This document shows, piece after piece, positions 31,881-42,169 of a DNA stretch of 64,000 nt. Position 1 is the first letter of the stretch, and the number at the start of each line of letters is the position of its first letter. Made by a program: the position numbers and the translations under genes. Source of the stretch: Myxococcota bacterium (GTDB lineage Bacteria > Myxococcota_A > SURF-8 > G963663525); contig CAXXVK010000027.1 in NCBI GenBank assembly GCA_963676915.2, positions 32,001 through 96,000 of the forward strand. The letters are read 5' to 3'. The notes under the pieces were generated by a model, which did no database searches, was not told where the DNA came from, and saw nothing but the letters and a program-made list of their open reading frames with translations.

Positions 31881-33419
31881 ATGTTTTCGAAAATATTGAT
31901 CGCCAACCGTGGAGAAATCGCCGTTCGGGTTATGCGTACGGCCAAAGAGATGGGCATCTCGACGGTTGCCGTCTACTCGGATGCGGACCGCAGGGCGTTG
32001 CATGTGCTGACAGCGGACGAAGCCGTGTACATCGGGCCATCGAATCCGCTGGAAAGCTATCTCGACGCAGATAAACTTATTGAGGCGGCGCGGGCGACGA
32101 GGGCCGAGGCGATTCACCCCGGTTACGGTTTCCTCAGTGAAAACGCGGCGTTCGCCGAAAAAGTCGCTGAAGCGGGGTTGACGTTCATCGGTCCCAAACC
32201 CGAAGTCATGTCGCGTTTGGGCGACAAAATCGAGGCTCGCAAGTTGGCTCAGGCCAGCGGAGTCCCCACCGTTCCCGGCAGGATCATTGCCGAAACCGAC
32301 GAAAAAGAACTCTTCGACTTCTGCGAAGAGGCGGGATACCCGGTGTTGATCAAAGCGGCTGCGGGGGGAGGCGGCAAAGGAATGCGCGTGGTGCGCCAGG
32401 CCGACGAGTTGTTGCAGGCGGCTCGGCAGGCGTCGAACGAAGCGGCGAGCGCATTCAGTAACGGCTCGATATTCCTTGAAAAATACCTCGAACGTCCCCG
32501 GCACATCGAAATTCAGGTACTGGCCGACCATCACGGCAACGCGGTGCATTTGTTCGAGCGGGAATGCTCGATCCAGCGACGGCATCAGAAAATCATTGAA
32601 GAAGCACCCTCGCCGGTGATGGATGAAGAGCTTCGAAACCGCATGGGACAGGCGGCCGTGAATCTCGTTCGCGAGTCCGGTTACGAAAATGCGGGAACGG
32701 TCGAGTTTTTGCTGGATGAAGATCGGAATTTCTACTTTCTCGAAGTCAATACCCGGCTCCAGGTGGAGCATCCGATCACCGAGGCGATCACCGGGCTGGA
32801 TCTGGTCAAACTCCAACTGGACATCGCCTCGGGGAAACCGCTGCCGTTCGAGCAAAAAGACATCACCTTGCGCGGGCACGCCATCGAATGCCGCATCTAC
32901 GCCGAAAACCCGGAAGAGAATTTCATGCCCGCACCGGGAAAAATTCTTTTTTCTCAAGACCCCGAAGGACCGGGCGTGCGTATGGATAGCGGAATCTACG
33001 CGGGTTTTACGGTTCCGGTCCAATATGATCCGATTTTAGCCAAGCTGGTTGCGTCGGCCCAGGATCGGGGGTCGGCAATCGACCGTATGCTTCGGGCATT
33101 GAGGGAAACGGTCGTATTGGGAGCGGGGACGGCCCTGGAATACATGGCCGACGTGCTCGATTGTCCGCCGTTTCGCAAGGGAGACACTCACACGAGTTTC
33201 CTGGAAGAGCATTTCGGCGACTGGCGAGCCTCCAGGGAGAACGACGATCTGGCGCTGATCGGTTTCGCCGCCAGGCGATTGCTGGAAGCGCGAGGCTTGC
33301 AGCCCTCCCACTCCGAGGGCAGGGATTCGGACGGTCCGGTATCCTGGGCTTCTCTGGACGCGATCGAACTGGCGGATCATGCCGGATATACGGGGGAAAT
33401 TCATGAACTTGAAAGTTAA
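31881..33419 (+). CDS. accC: Biotin carboxylase subunit (acetyl/propionyl/methylcrotonyl-CoA carboxylase type)
   Basis: KILIANRGEIA, HPGYGFLSEN, GGGGKGMR, RECSIQRRHQK, EVNTRLQVEH. Confidence 0.92.
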   Translation: MFSKILIANRGEIAVRVMRTAKEMGISTVAVYSDADRRALHVLTADEAVYIGPSNPLESYLDADKLIEAARATRAEAIHPGYGFLSENAAFAEKVAEAGLTFIGPKPEVMSRLGDKIEARKLAQASGVPTVPGRIIAETDEKELFDFCEEAGYPVLIKAAAGGGGKGMRVVRQADELLQAARQASNEAASAFSNGSIFLEKYLERPRHIEIQVLADHHGNAVHLFERECSIQRRHQKIIEEAPSPVMDEELRNRMGQAAVNLVRESGYENAGTVEFLLDEDRNFYFLEVNTRLQVEHPITEAITGLDLVKLQLDIASGKPLPFEQKDITLRGHAIECRIYAENPEENFMPAPGKILFSQDPEGPGVRMDSGIYAGFTVPVQYDPILAKLVASAQDRGSAIDRMLRALRETVVLGAGTALEYMADVLDCPPFRKGDTHTSFLEEHFGDWRASRENDDLALIGFAARRLLEARGLQPSHSEGRDSDGPVSWASLDAIELADHAGYTGEIHELES

Positions 33420-33942
33420 AATCGCCGAGAATGAAACGCGGATTCATACCGGAGATCTGGACGAGAGCCTGTCCACCTGGATGACCCTCGGAGACCGTCG
33501 CTATCATGTGAGAATCACTCCGATTTCCCACCACAGGATGAACCTCGAAATCGACGGCAGAAACTACGCCTTCAGTGTTGCCGCCACCCAGCGGGGAAGC
33601 TGGGTATGGGTCAACGGTCGAACGCGGCTGGTACTCCCGGCCGGTGATGTCGCCGCGATGGCCGAAAGTTCCGGGTCGGTCAAACGAGGACCGCAAGGGG
33701 TGTCGGCACCGACTCCGGCCACCGTCGTTCAGGTGTTGGTTTCCGAAGGCGACCGGGTTGAAAAAGGCCAGGAAGTGGCTGTCGTGTCCGCTATGAAAAT
33801 GGAATCAACGTTGACCGCCCCCGAGGATGGCGTGATTCGGGCCGTTCATTGTTCCGTGGGAGATGTGGTCAATGCCGGGGAACTGATGATCGAGATTGCC
33901 GAGGCGGAAAGTTCCGAAATCGATGGGACCGATCTCGTCTGA
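33403..33942 (+). CDS. Biotin carboxyl carrier protein with N-terminal BT-like domain
   Basis: VSAPTPATV...GDRVEKGQ...SAMKME biotinylation motif; own RBS GGGGGA. Confidence 0.88.
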   Translation: MNLKVKIAENETRIHTGDLDESLSTWMTLGDRRYHVRITPISHHRMNLEIDGRNYAFSVAATQRGSWVWVNGRTRLVLPAGDVAAMAESSGSVKRGPQGVSAPTPATVVQVLVSEGDRVEKGQEVAVVSAMKMESTLTAPEDGVIRAVHCSVGDVVNAGELMIEIAEAESSEIDGTDLV

Positions 33943-34022
33943 CGGGTCGTCTTATGCTCTGGGATTTTCAAACGATTCAAAACCAATAACGGTGAGATTT
34001 CAAATCGTTACCTGAAAGACGA

Positions 34023-34044
34023 TAGGGCGGGACTTCATCCCGCC
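34023..34044. repeat. Single REP-like palindrome
   Basis: TAG-GGCGGGA-CTTCA-TCCCGCC; only one copy seen in the window. Confidence 0.4.
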
Positions 34045-34132
34045 ATACAGGTTTTGGTTCAAGTTTCCAAGCGAAAACTCGAATTTCGCGAGCGATACGC
34101 GAATTCCCCGTATTTAAATTCACACCCGTACC

Positions 34133-34161
34133 TTGACTTCCCTCGACGGCTTTGCTACGTT
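34133..34161 (+). promoter_or_regulatory. Sigma70 promoter
   Basis: TTGACT-N17-TACGTT with extended -10 TG. Confidence 0.55.
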
Positions 34162-34184
34162 TCGCACAAAGACATGGTATCTGT

Positions 34185-34646
34185 ATGAGAATCGAGGGTT
34201 TTGTGAACCGAATCCTTACAGTTTGCGCCGTTTTACTACCACTGATGTTTTCCTTCGGTTGTGGAGCGGTCTATACCACGAAATCCATTTCGGCGGCGGA
34301 AGAAGAATTGAACATCGCCCGGCAGACCACGCCGTGGGAAGAGCCGGATACGGAGTATGCATACTGGTCCGCCGTGGAATACCTCCGGGAGGCCAAAATC
34401 CAGGAAGGGCATTCCGAATACCGGGCCGCTCAGTATTACGCCGAACGTTCCCGGAAATTTTCCTTGGCGGCGCAACGTCTCGAGCCGTACGATGAAGGCT
34501 TGCTCAACACCGAGGATGGTATCTCTAACGAGCCGGTCGAAGACGATCAACCGGAGAAAAAGCGGAAAAGCCGTAAAAAACGGCGAAAAAATAAGTCTCG
34601 TAAAGTCAAACGTAAAACGGTTCCCAACACTAACGACGACTGGTAG
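34185..34646 (+). CDS. DUF4398-like lipoprotein with basic C-terminal tail
   Basis: Lipobox SFG-C; YAYWSAVEYLREAK...YRAA helical domain; upstream of an OmpA gene. Confidence 0.75.
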   Translation: MRIEGFVNRILTVCAVLLPLMFSFGCGAVYTTKSISAAEEELNIARQTTPWEEPDTEYAYWSAVEYLREAKIQEGHSEYRAAQYYAERSRKFSLAAQRLEPYDEGLLNTEDGISNEPVEDDQPEKKRKSRKKRRKNKSRKVKRKTVPNTNDDW

Positions 34647-34703
34647 CCTGCGGGGGCTGTTGCGGTCGAACGGCGGTAAAAGCTCCATGGCTGACGGTGG
34701 AAT

Positions 34704-35813
<1,110 letters not shown>

Positions 35814-35842
35814 TCGCCTAAACGAAGTCCGAATGAACAATC

Positions 35843-35875
35843 AAGCGTCACCGAAATTTTCGGTGGCGCTTTTTT
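35843..35875 (+). terminator. Intrinsic terminator
   Basis: AAGCGTCACCGAA-AT-TTTCGGTGGCGCTT followed by a T-tract. Confidence 0.8.
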
Positions 35876-36235
35876 CATGTGTGTGCGGGTGGGTACGGAA
35901 AAGCTCTCCAATATGTAAAGATTTCAAGTAAAAGCCACATTGCCTGTGTGGGTCGCCTGACAAGCCCGACTTTTTTGTCATATCTCGTCCCGATTTTTCT
36001 TCTTTTTAAAACTTTGCACGATCCCTTGTCTTTGGGAAAAGCAAAGTTACTCCAATCTTTTTGAATGTTTTCCGTATTTTCAAGCGGGAGGCGTTGTAGG
36101 GTTTCTGAAAAAAATGGCTGTGTTTTTTTCATTCGTGACTTGACAGATGGTGGACTGATCTTACTTTGGATCGTTTTGAAAAAACGTAAATATTGTGAAT
36201 ATACTGCACATAACTGTTGGAAATCAGGAAAGTTC

Positions 36236-36265
36236 TTGACAAACACCTAATAAAACCTTTAAAAT
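36236..36265 (+). promoter_or_regulatory. Candidate sigma70 promoter for the long leader
   Basis: TTGACA-N18-TAAAAT. Confidence 0.55.
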
Positions 36266-36311
36266 TCCCCCGTTTAAAGGTAGCGGATTTCTAAATTGAA
36301 TATATTTTATT

Positions 36312-36585
36312 GGAGGGTGACAAGTCGGATAAGCCGACCTGAAAGGGTGGTGACATTCTTTCAACGGAGGCTCTTGGGAAAGAGCACGGCATGATTTCAA
36401 GGCTTTTTACCCTCCTGACACATTCGGCACGCTTTTTGCTGAATACTTAGCGCATCGCAAGACGGTCACGGGTGTGGACAATGTTTCTCGCAAATGTGAT
36501 CGTAGCGCCGAATGGACGCACTGATAACCGATTTGGACCGAATTCCCGTTGTGGGTAATGGTGTCCGGCCAAAGAAAGAGCCGGA
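36312..36585 (+). ncRNA. Candidate structured 5' leader RNA (unassigned)
   Basis: Nested stems 36312-36326/36401-36415, 36421-36428/36507-36514, 36462-36469/36496-36503; GNRA-capped hairpins. Confidence 0.5.
36424..36440 (+). promoter_or_regulatory. Sigma54 (-24/-12) promoter candidate
   Basis: TCGGCACGCTTTTTGCT versus consensus YTGGCACG-N4-TTGCW; exact GG-N10-GC spacing. Confidence 0.65.
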
Positions 36586-36616
36586 AAAATTTTTTCATAG
36601 TTCATAAGGAGGACTC

Positions 36617-37462
36617 ATGAACCGCAAAATGTTTGCCCTGATGATGGCCCTGATGCTCGTTTTCAGTCTCGCGTTTGTCGCCTGTGGCGATGATGACGAT
36701 GATGAAAACAACAACAACCCCGCCGAAGGTACCGAAGGCGGCGCCTGCAAGACGATGGAAACCCCCACGGCTTGTGACGACGACAATCCCTGTGACACTG
36801 GCTACACCTGCACCGAAGGTTTCTGTGTTGCCGACGTGACCGAGAAGCTGTTCGAAGCCGAAGAAGATGATGCCAACGCCGCTGGCGATGACTACAGCGC
36901 TTGCGTAGGCAAAGACATCAGCATGGGTCTGTGTAACCTCGGCCTGTTCTGCGACACCGACGTCATCTGCAAGCTGCCGGAAAACGTCACCGATTTCGAC
37001 ATGACCATCTGTGGCGACGACACCCCCGAGTGTGACGACGACAATCCCTGCGACGAAGGCTACAGCTGCGTCGAAGGCGCCTGCGTCGAAGACACCGTAG
37101 ATCCTTGCGATCCCAACCCCTGCGAGAACGATGGCGAAATCTGCACCGCCGATGAAACCGCCACTGACGGTTACACCTGCGCCTGCGATACCGACATGGA
37201 ACTGTACGAGCGCACCGACCTCGCCATGTGCGTCCCCGTGGATTACTGCGTGGATGGCCTCTTCAACACCGCTTGCAACGAAGCCAAAGAATTCGCCGTT
37301 GGCGCCGCCACCGGTGGAGACGACTGCGAAGCCGTGACCTGCACCGAAGACGCCGAATGCGCCTACCTGGCCGCTTGCGACGATCCCGACAACCTGCCGA
37401 CCATCACCACCTTCATCTGTGACGGTGGAAGCTGTGTCCGCGGCGAACCGGCTGCCGAGTAA
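36617..37462 (+). CDS. Very acidic Cys-rich lipoprotein (29 Cys) with internal repeat and EGF-like module
   Basis: RBS AGGAGG, lipobox FVA-C, two CDDDNPCD.GY.C.EG.CV repeats, DPCDPNPCENDGEIC...YTCAC. Confidence 0.85.
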   Translation: MNRKMFALMMALMLVFSLAFVACGDDDDDENNNNPAEGTEGGACKTMETPTACDDDNPCDTGYTCTEGFCVADVTEKLFEAEEDDANAAGDDYSACVGKDISMGLCNLGLFCDTDVICKLPENVTDFDMTICGDDTPECDDDNPCDEGYSCVEGACVEDTVDPCDPNPCENDGEICTADETATDGYTCACDTDMELYERTDLAMCVPVDYCVDGLFNTACNEAKEFAVGAATGGDDCEAVTCTEDAECAYLAACDDPDNLPTITTFICDGGSCVRGEPAAE

Positions 37463-37488
37463 TCGTCATCCGGCTTGAACCGGAATCT

Positions 37489-37521
37489 AAACGCCCTCCC
37501 GATCGGGAGGGCGTTTTTTTT
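37489..37521 (+). terminator. Strong intrinsic terminator
   Basis: AAACGCCCTCCC-GATC-GGGAGGGCGTTT followed by a T-tract. Confidence 0.92.
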
Positions 37522-37546
37522 ATGTCAAGTATCGATTTGAATTTAG

Positions 37547-37721
37547 CCTGCATACTTCATGAGGATCGTAGCGAGACGCCGAAAACCGAAGAACTTTCAT
37601 GAAGTTGGAGTGATTTTTTAACGGAAGCATACTTGACAGGTTGTTGAGTATAAAAAATCGGGAAACGAATGAAAGATCAAGAGTTTTCAAGTCGTAGGTG
37701 ATTCTTCATGAATTATGCGGG
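37547..37721. mobile_element. MITE copy 2 (175 bp), inverted relative to copy 1
   Basis: TIRs CCTGCATACTTCATGA / TCATGAATTATGCGGG; direct repeat TTAG at 37543-37546 and 37722-37725. Confidence 0.88.
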
Positions 37722-37837
37722 TTAGGGGAATCCTGGCAATTCGTCGGAAAAATCTCCGAGGTGCTCTAAAGGTTCATACCGACAAGTCGGAAAAAGCAAG
37801 AACTTCTTCAATCGCAAGATGTTATGGTGGACCTGTT

Positions 37838-38827
37838 TCAGGCCGGTTGTTTGAAATGCTTTTGCAGGGTGTGTTCCACCTGGCGGGTCAGGCGGTGGAG
37901 GATGTCTTCGTAGGAACCTTCGATACGGCAGCCTGCCGCATTATGATGTCCACCGCCTCCGAATTGACGGGCGATGTCGCAGACATTCACCGTTCCTTTG
38001 GATCTCATGCTGATTTTATACTTGCCGTCGTCGTCTTCGCTGATCAGGATGGACACCTCTACCCCTCGAATCGAGCGCGGATAGTTCACGAAGCGATCGA
38101 GCATGTATTCCTCGGCTCCATGGCGATCCATCATTTCACGGGTGACGGTCACCGACGCATACCGACCACAGTCGCTGATGTCCAGGGTCGTCATGGCATC
38201 GGCCAGCAGGCGCATCTGAATCGGTGAACGGCTTTCGAACAGGTTGTAGGCCACGTCCCACGGATTGACATCGTAGTCGAGCAGCCGCCCGGCGGTTTCC
38301 AGCGCCCGACGGTTGGTGTTCGAGTACCTGAACGAGCCGGTATCCGACATGATCGCCGCATACAAATTGAAAGCGATAGCATCGGTCAGCGGCAGGGACA
38401 ATTCATCGAGTAGATCCAACACCAATTCGGCGCAGGAGGCACAATTGGGGTCGAGATAGGCGAGATCGGTAAAAAGTTTTTGCTTGATGTGGTGGTCGAT
38501 CAGGATTGTGGTTCCGAATCGTTTTATATCCCCTTCGAAAAGCGGACCGAAGCGCGTGATACTGGGAGAGTCGCAAAAGATCGTGCAGTCGAACGTTTTG
38601 CGGGGATGCAGTCGATTGACCAGGGTTTCCGAGTCGTTGAGGAATGCCAGCGTGTGCGGCAATTCCGAAACATTGTAGCAGGTAGCGTCTTTTCCTGCCG
38701 TCTTGAGCGCCATGGTCAAGCTAAGCGTGGAACCCAGTGCGTCGCAATCGGGTTCGAGATGCCCCAGCACGAGGATCTTTCGGCTGGTACGAATTTTCTC
38801 GGCAATGGCTTGCAACGGATTTGTCAC
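37838..38827 (-). CDS. nrnA: DHH/DHHA1 phosphoesterase (NanoRNase/pAp phosphatase)
   Basis: GHLEPDCDALGS, LIDHH, SDTGSFRYSNT, KISMRS, GGGGHHNAAG; follows rbfA. Confidence 0.92.
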   Translation of the reverse strand: MTNPLQAIAEKIRTSRKILVLGHLEPDCDALGSTLSLTMALKTAGKDATCYNVSELPHTLAFLNDSETLVNRLHPRKTFDCTIFCDSPSITRFGPLFEGDIKRFGTTILIDHHIKQKLFTDLAYLDPNCASCAELVLDLLDELSLPLTDAIAFNLYAAIMSDTGSFRYSNTNRRALETAGRLLDYDVNPWDVAYNLFESRSPIQMRLLADAMTTLDISDCGRYASVTVTREMMDRHGAEEYMLDRFVNYPRSIRGVEVSILISEDDDGKYKISMRSKGTVNVCDIARQFGGGGHHNAAGCRIEGSYEDILHRLTRQVEHTLQKHFKQPA

Positions 38828-38830
38828 GGC

Positions 38831-39256
38831 TCAATCCTTGGGTTCTTCGTCGGACTCCTGACGTACCGAATCCAGCAAGTCCCCGATTTCACGACTCTTA
38901 TCGTCCAGGTCATCGTACACGAAATGAAGTTTGGGAACCTTGCGGATACGCAACTCGCGACCGATCCGGCCTTGGATAAATCCCCCGGCCTTGTCGAAGG
39001 CATCAAGGATTTCTTGAATGCGGGAAGGATCGCGTTCGGCGGGAAGAAAAAATACCCGAGCACTACCCAGGCTATCGTTGCAACGGACCTCGGTAATGGT
39101 CAGGGGACCGAAACGCGGATCGTGCAATTCTCCGCGCTGGAACATTTCGTACAGGATTCTGCGGATTTCCTGCCCCACCCGTGACGGGCGCTTGGGGCGT
39201 TGTCGGTTGAAACGTTGCGGCAATGAAGCCTCCTTCGTCGAGAACCGATTCCGCAA
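38831..39256 (-). CDS. rbfA: Ribosome-binding factor A
   Basis: RPSRVGQEIRR, DPR...TITEV...SARVF, LRIRKVPKLHFVYD. Confidence 0.92.
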   Translation of the reverse strand: MRNRFSTKEASLPQRFNRQRPKRPSRVGQEIRRILYEMFQRGELHDPRFGPLTITEVRCNDSLGSARVFFLPAERDPSRIQEILDAFDKAGGFIQGRIGRELRIRKVPKLHFVYDDLDDKSREIGDLLDSVRQESDEEPKD

Positions 39257-39272
39257 ACCACGCGTAAAGCCG

Positions 39273-42131
39273 TTACAGCGTGGCGGCGACCTCGACTTCC
39301 TGGTAGGCTTCGATCACGTCGCCGACCTTGATATCATTGTAATTTTCGATCCCGATACCGCATTCGAAGCCGGATACGACTTCCTTGGCATCCTCTTTGA
39401 ACCGGCGCAGGGACGAAATCTTGCCCGTGTAAATCACCACGGAGTCTCGCAGCAGCCGTACCTTGCAACCACGTTCGATTTTGCCGTCCACCACGTACGA
39501 ACCGGCAATCGTACCGATTTTCGGAATATGGAAGGTATCCCGGACTTCCACTCGTCCGAGCGACTCTTCCTTGATGATAGGAGCCAGCATACCCGTGATG
39601 GCGGCTTGAAGCTCCTCAATGGCTTCGTAAATGACCGAATACAGGCGGATATCCACTTTTTCGCGCTCGGCGAGCGTCGCAGCCTTGGTTTCGGGTCGGA
39701 TGTTGAATCCGATGATAATGGCGTTCGACGCCGAGGCCAACAGCACGTCGCTTTCGGTGATGCCACCGACGGCGGTGTGGATGATGTTGACGCGGATTTC
39801 TTCGTTGGACAGTTTGGCCAGCGCGTCGCGAACCGCTTCCACCGAACCTTGGACGTCGGCCTTGATGAGAATGGCCAGTTCCTTGGTCTCGCCTTCCTTG
39901 ATCTTGTCGAACAGATTGTCCAGCGTGACTTTGGAAGAGATGGCCAACTCTTCCTCGCGCTTCTTCAAGCGGCGGTTGTCGGCGATCAGGCGGGCTTTTT
40001 TGTCTTCCTTCAGAGTGATGAACTGCTGCCCGGCTTCGGGAACCTCGCTGAATCCGTGGACTTCCACCGGATCGGAGGGCGACGCCGATTTAATGCGCCG
40101 TCCGCGATCGTCGAGCATGGCCTTGATACGTCCGGCCTGAATGCCACAGACGAAGGGATCGCCGATGGACAACGAACCCTGTTGAACGAGCACGGTAGCC
40201 ACTGCGCCGTGTCCACGGTGCAGTTTGGATTCGATGACAACGCCTTCGGCCTGGGGACGTTTCGGGTTGGCTTTGAGTTCCAACAATTCGGCCTGCAAAG
40301 CCACCAGTTCCAGCAACTCTTCGATTCCAATGCCTTTTTTGGCCGAAATCTCGACCATCGGCGTTTCTCCGCCGAGGCTTTCGTCGATCAGTCCGTGTTG
40401 CATCAGATCGGTGCGCACGCGCTGGGGATCGGCGTTGTCTTTGTCGATTTTGTTGATAGCGACCACGATAGGCACTTCGGCGGCCTTCGAGTGGTTGATC
40501 GCCTCGATGGTCTGCGGCATCACGCCGTCGTCGGCGGCGACGATCAGAATGACGACATCGGTGACCTGCGCGCCACGCGCACGCAACGCGGTAAAGGCTT
40601 CGTGGCCCGGCGTGTCGATGAACGTCAGCGTTCCGTGCGAGGTCGGTACCTTGTACGCACCGATATGCTGCGTAATTCCGCCTGCTTCCTGATCGGCAAC
40701 GTGTGCGTTGCGGATGCGGTCGAGCAGCGAGGTTTTACCGTGGTCGACGTGTCCCATGACGGTCACGACCGGACGACGCTCTTCGAGGTTTTTGTCATCG
40801 TCTTTGATTTCCACTTCGAGGTAGGATTTTTCCTCGAAAGCGGTGGATTCGACTTCATACCCGAATTCCTGGGCCACCAAGGTGGCTACGTCTTGATCGA
40901 TAGCCTGGTTGATCGTCAACATCAGACCGAGGTTCATCAGTTTCGCCAATACTTCGTTGGCTTTGACACCCAACTGCTTGGCGAATTCGCTGATGACGAT
41001 GGATTCGGCACCCATTTTCACGATACGTTTCGCAGCCTTGGGAGTGGTGATTTCGGTTTTGGACGGCGCTTTCTGAGCCTGTTTGCGACCCCGCTTCTTG
41101 CCTGCGAGTCTGGCGCGGCGCTCCAGATAGGTGTCGTCGATAATCTGTCGGCGACGTCCGCCTTTGCGGCTGCCTCCACGGTCTCCACGGCGATCGGTAT
41201 CCTTGTTGTCGCGGCGACGTCCCCGGCTGTCTTCTTTGCCCGGTTGGGGCGGCATATCCAGCGGAGAATTGAAGTTCGCGGCAGGTCGTGCCGAAATGCC
41301 GCGTCCACCTGCCGGTCCTCGGGCTGGTCCTCGCCCTGGTCCTCGTCCAGGCCGTCGATCCTGAGGACGTGGATCGGGTGTGAGTTCCTCCAGGTCGATT
41401 TTCTTGACGATCGTAGCGATCTGCTTGGGAGGCTCGATGCGTTTGACGGTATTCGAACCATCGCTTGAAATTTCGACGCGCCGTTTTCTTCCCTTTTTTC
41501 TGGGCTTTTTCGTTTCTTTGGACTCTTTATCGTCCTCGGCCTTTTCATCCGATTTCGCCTCGGTGGCTTCATCGGTCGTTTCCACCGCGTTTTCCATCGG
41601 GGCTTTGTCCTCGGCGGGAGGTTCTTCGGCTTTTACGGCTTCTTCCGAAGGTTTATCCGCTTCGGCCTCCGGTTTCACGTCTTCGGCATGATCTTCCTCG
41701 GGTTTGGCTTCCACTTGAGGAGTCTCGACTTCGGCGGCGGGTTCTTTCGTTTCCGAAACTTCGGGAGTCGTTTCCGTTTCGGCGACGACGGGCTTGTCTT
41801 TTTGGGAAGCCTTCACCGGAGTTTCTTTTTCCTCTACAGGGGTTTCCTCTGCGTCGGTTTTTTCCGGCTCGGTTTTCTTCGGCGCTTCGACTTTGGCTTT
41901 GGCCGGAGCTTTCTTTGCTCGGCGGCGAATGATTTTTCGCCCCACGCGCTTTTCAACGACTTTTTCCGACTTGGATTTCTCCATACGGTTCCTCAGTCGG
42001 AGCACATCGTCATCGTCGATGCCCGTCATTTTGTTTTTCAGCTCGATTCCCGCGCTCTTGGCGAGGGTAATCAACTCTTCGAATTCAATGCCGAACTCGT
42101 TTGCCAGTTTGAATGCACGGATCTTAGCCAT
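39273..42131 (-). CDS. infB: Translation initiation factor IF-2
   Basis: MGHVDHGKTSLLD, EAGGITQHIG, DTPGHEAF, NKID, KADVQGS, SLRRFKED, FECGI. Confidence 0.99.
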   Translation of the reverse strand: MAKIRAFKLANEFGIEFEELITLAKSAGIELKNKMTGIDDDDVLRLRNRMEKSKSEKVVEKRVGRKIIRRRAKKAPAKAKVEAPKKTEPEKTDAEETPVEEKETPVKASQKDKPVVAETETTPEVSETKEPAAEVETPQVEAKPEEDHAEDVKPEAEADKPSEEAVKAEEPPAEDKAPMENAVETTDEATEAKSDEKAEDDKESKETKKPRKKGRKRRVEISSDGSNTVKRIEPPKQIATIVKKIDLEELTPDPRPQDRRPGRGPGRGPARGPAGGRGISARPAANFNSPLDMPPQPGKEDSRGRRRDNKDTDRRGDRGGSRKGGRRRQIIDDTYLERRARLAGKKRGRKQAQKAPSKTEITTPKAAKRIVKMGAESIVISEFAKQLGVKANEVLAKLMNLGLMLTINQAIDQDVATLVAQEFGYEVESTAFEEKSYLEVEIKDDDKNLEERRPVVTVMGHVDHGKTSLLDRIRNAHVADQEAGGITQHIGAYKVPTSHGTLTFIDTPGHEAFTALRARGAQVTDVVILIVAADDGVMPQTIEAINHSKAAEVPIVVAINKIDKDNADPQRVRTDLMQHGLIDESLGGETPMVEISAKKGIGIEELLELVALQAELLELKANPKRPQAEGVVIESKLHRGHGAVATVLVQQGSLSIGDPFVCGIQAGRIKAMLDDRGRRIKSASPSDPVEVHGFSEVPEAGQQFITLKEDKKARLIADNRRLKKREEELAISSKVTLDNLFDKIKEGETKELAILIKADVQGSVEAVRDALAKLSNEEIRVNIIHTAVGGITESDVLLASASNAIIIGFNIRPETKAATLAEREKVDIRLYSVIYEAIEELQAAITGMLAPIIKEESLGRVEVRDTFHIPKIGTIAGSYVVDGKIERGCKVRLLRDSVVIYTGKISSLRRFKEDAKEVVSGFECGIGIENYNDIKVGDVIEAYQEVEVAATL

Positions 42132-42169
42132 GTATGCTCCTCACAACTGGTCTTCTCATACGCCAGCCG

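Noticed and set aside
33379-33419. Frameshift splitting a single carboxylase alpha subunit
   Set aside because: The second ORF has its own RBS and ATG, and split BC/BCCP genes are common
35875-36250. Small ORFs in the large intergenic region
   Set aside because: AT-rich with atypical codon use and no RBS; better explained as regulatory DNA
39018-41468. Long antisense ORFs (816 aa here; also 1381-2601, 31704-33023, 16662-17729)
   Set aside because: Shadow ORFs opposite well-supported genes with GC-biased codons; no RBS or recognisable motifs
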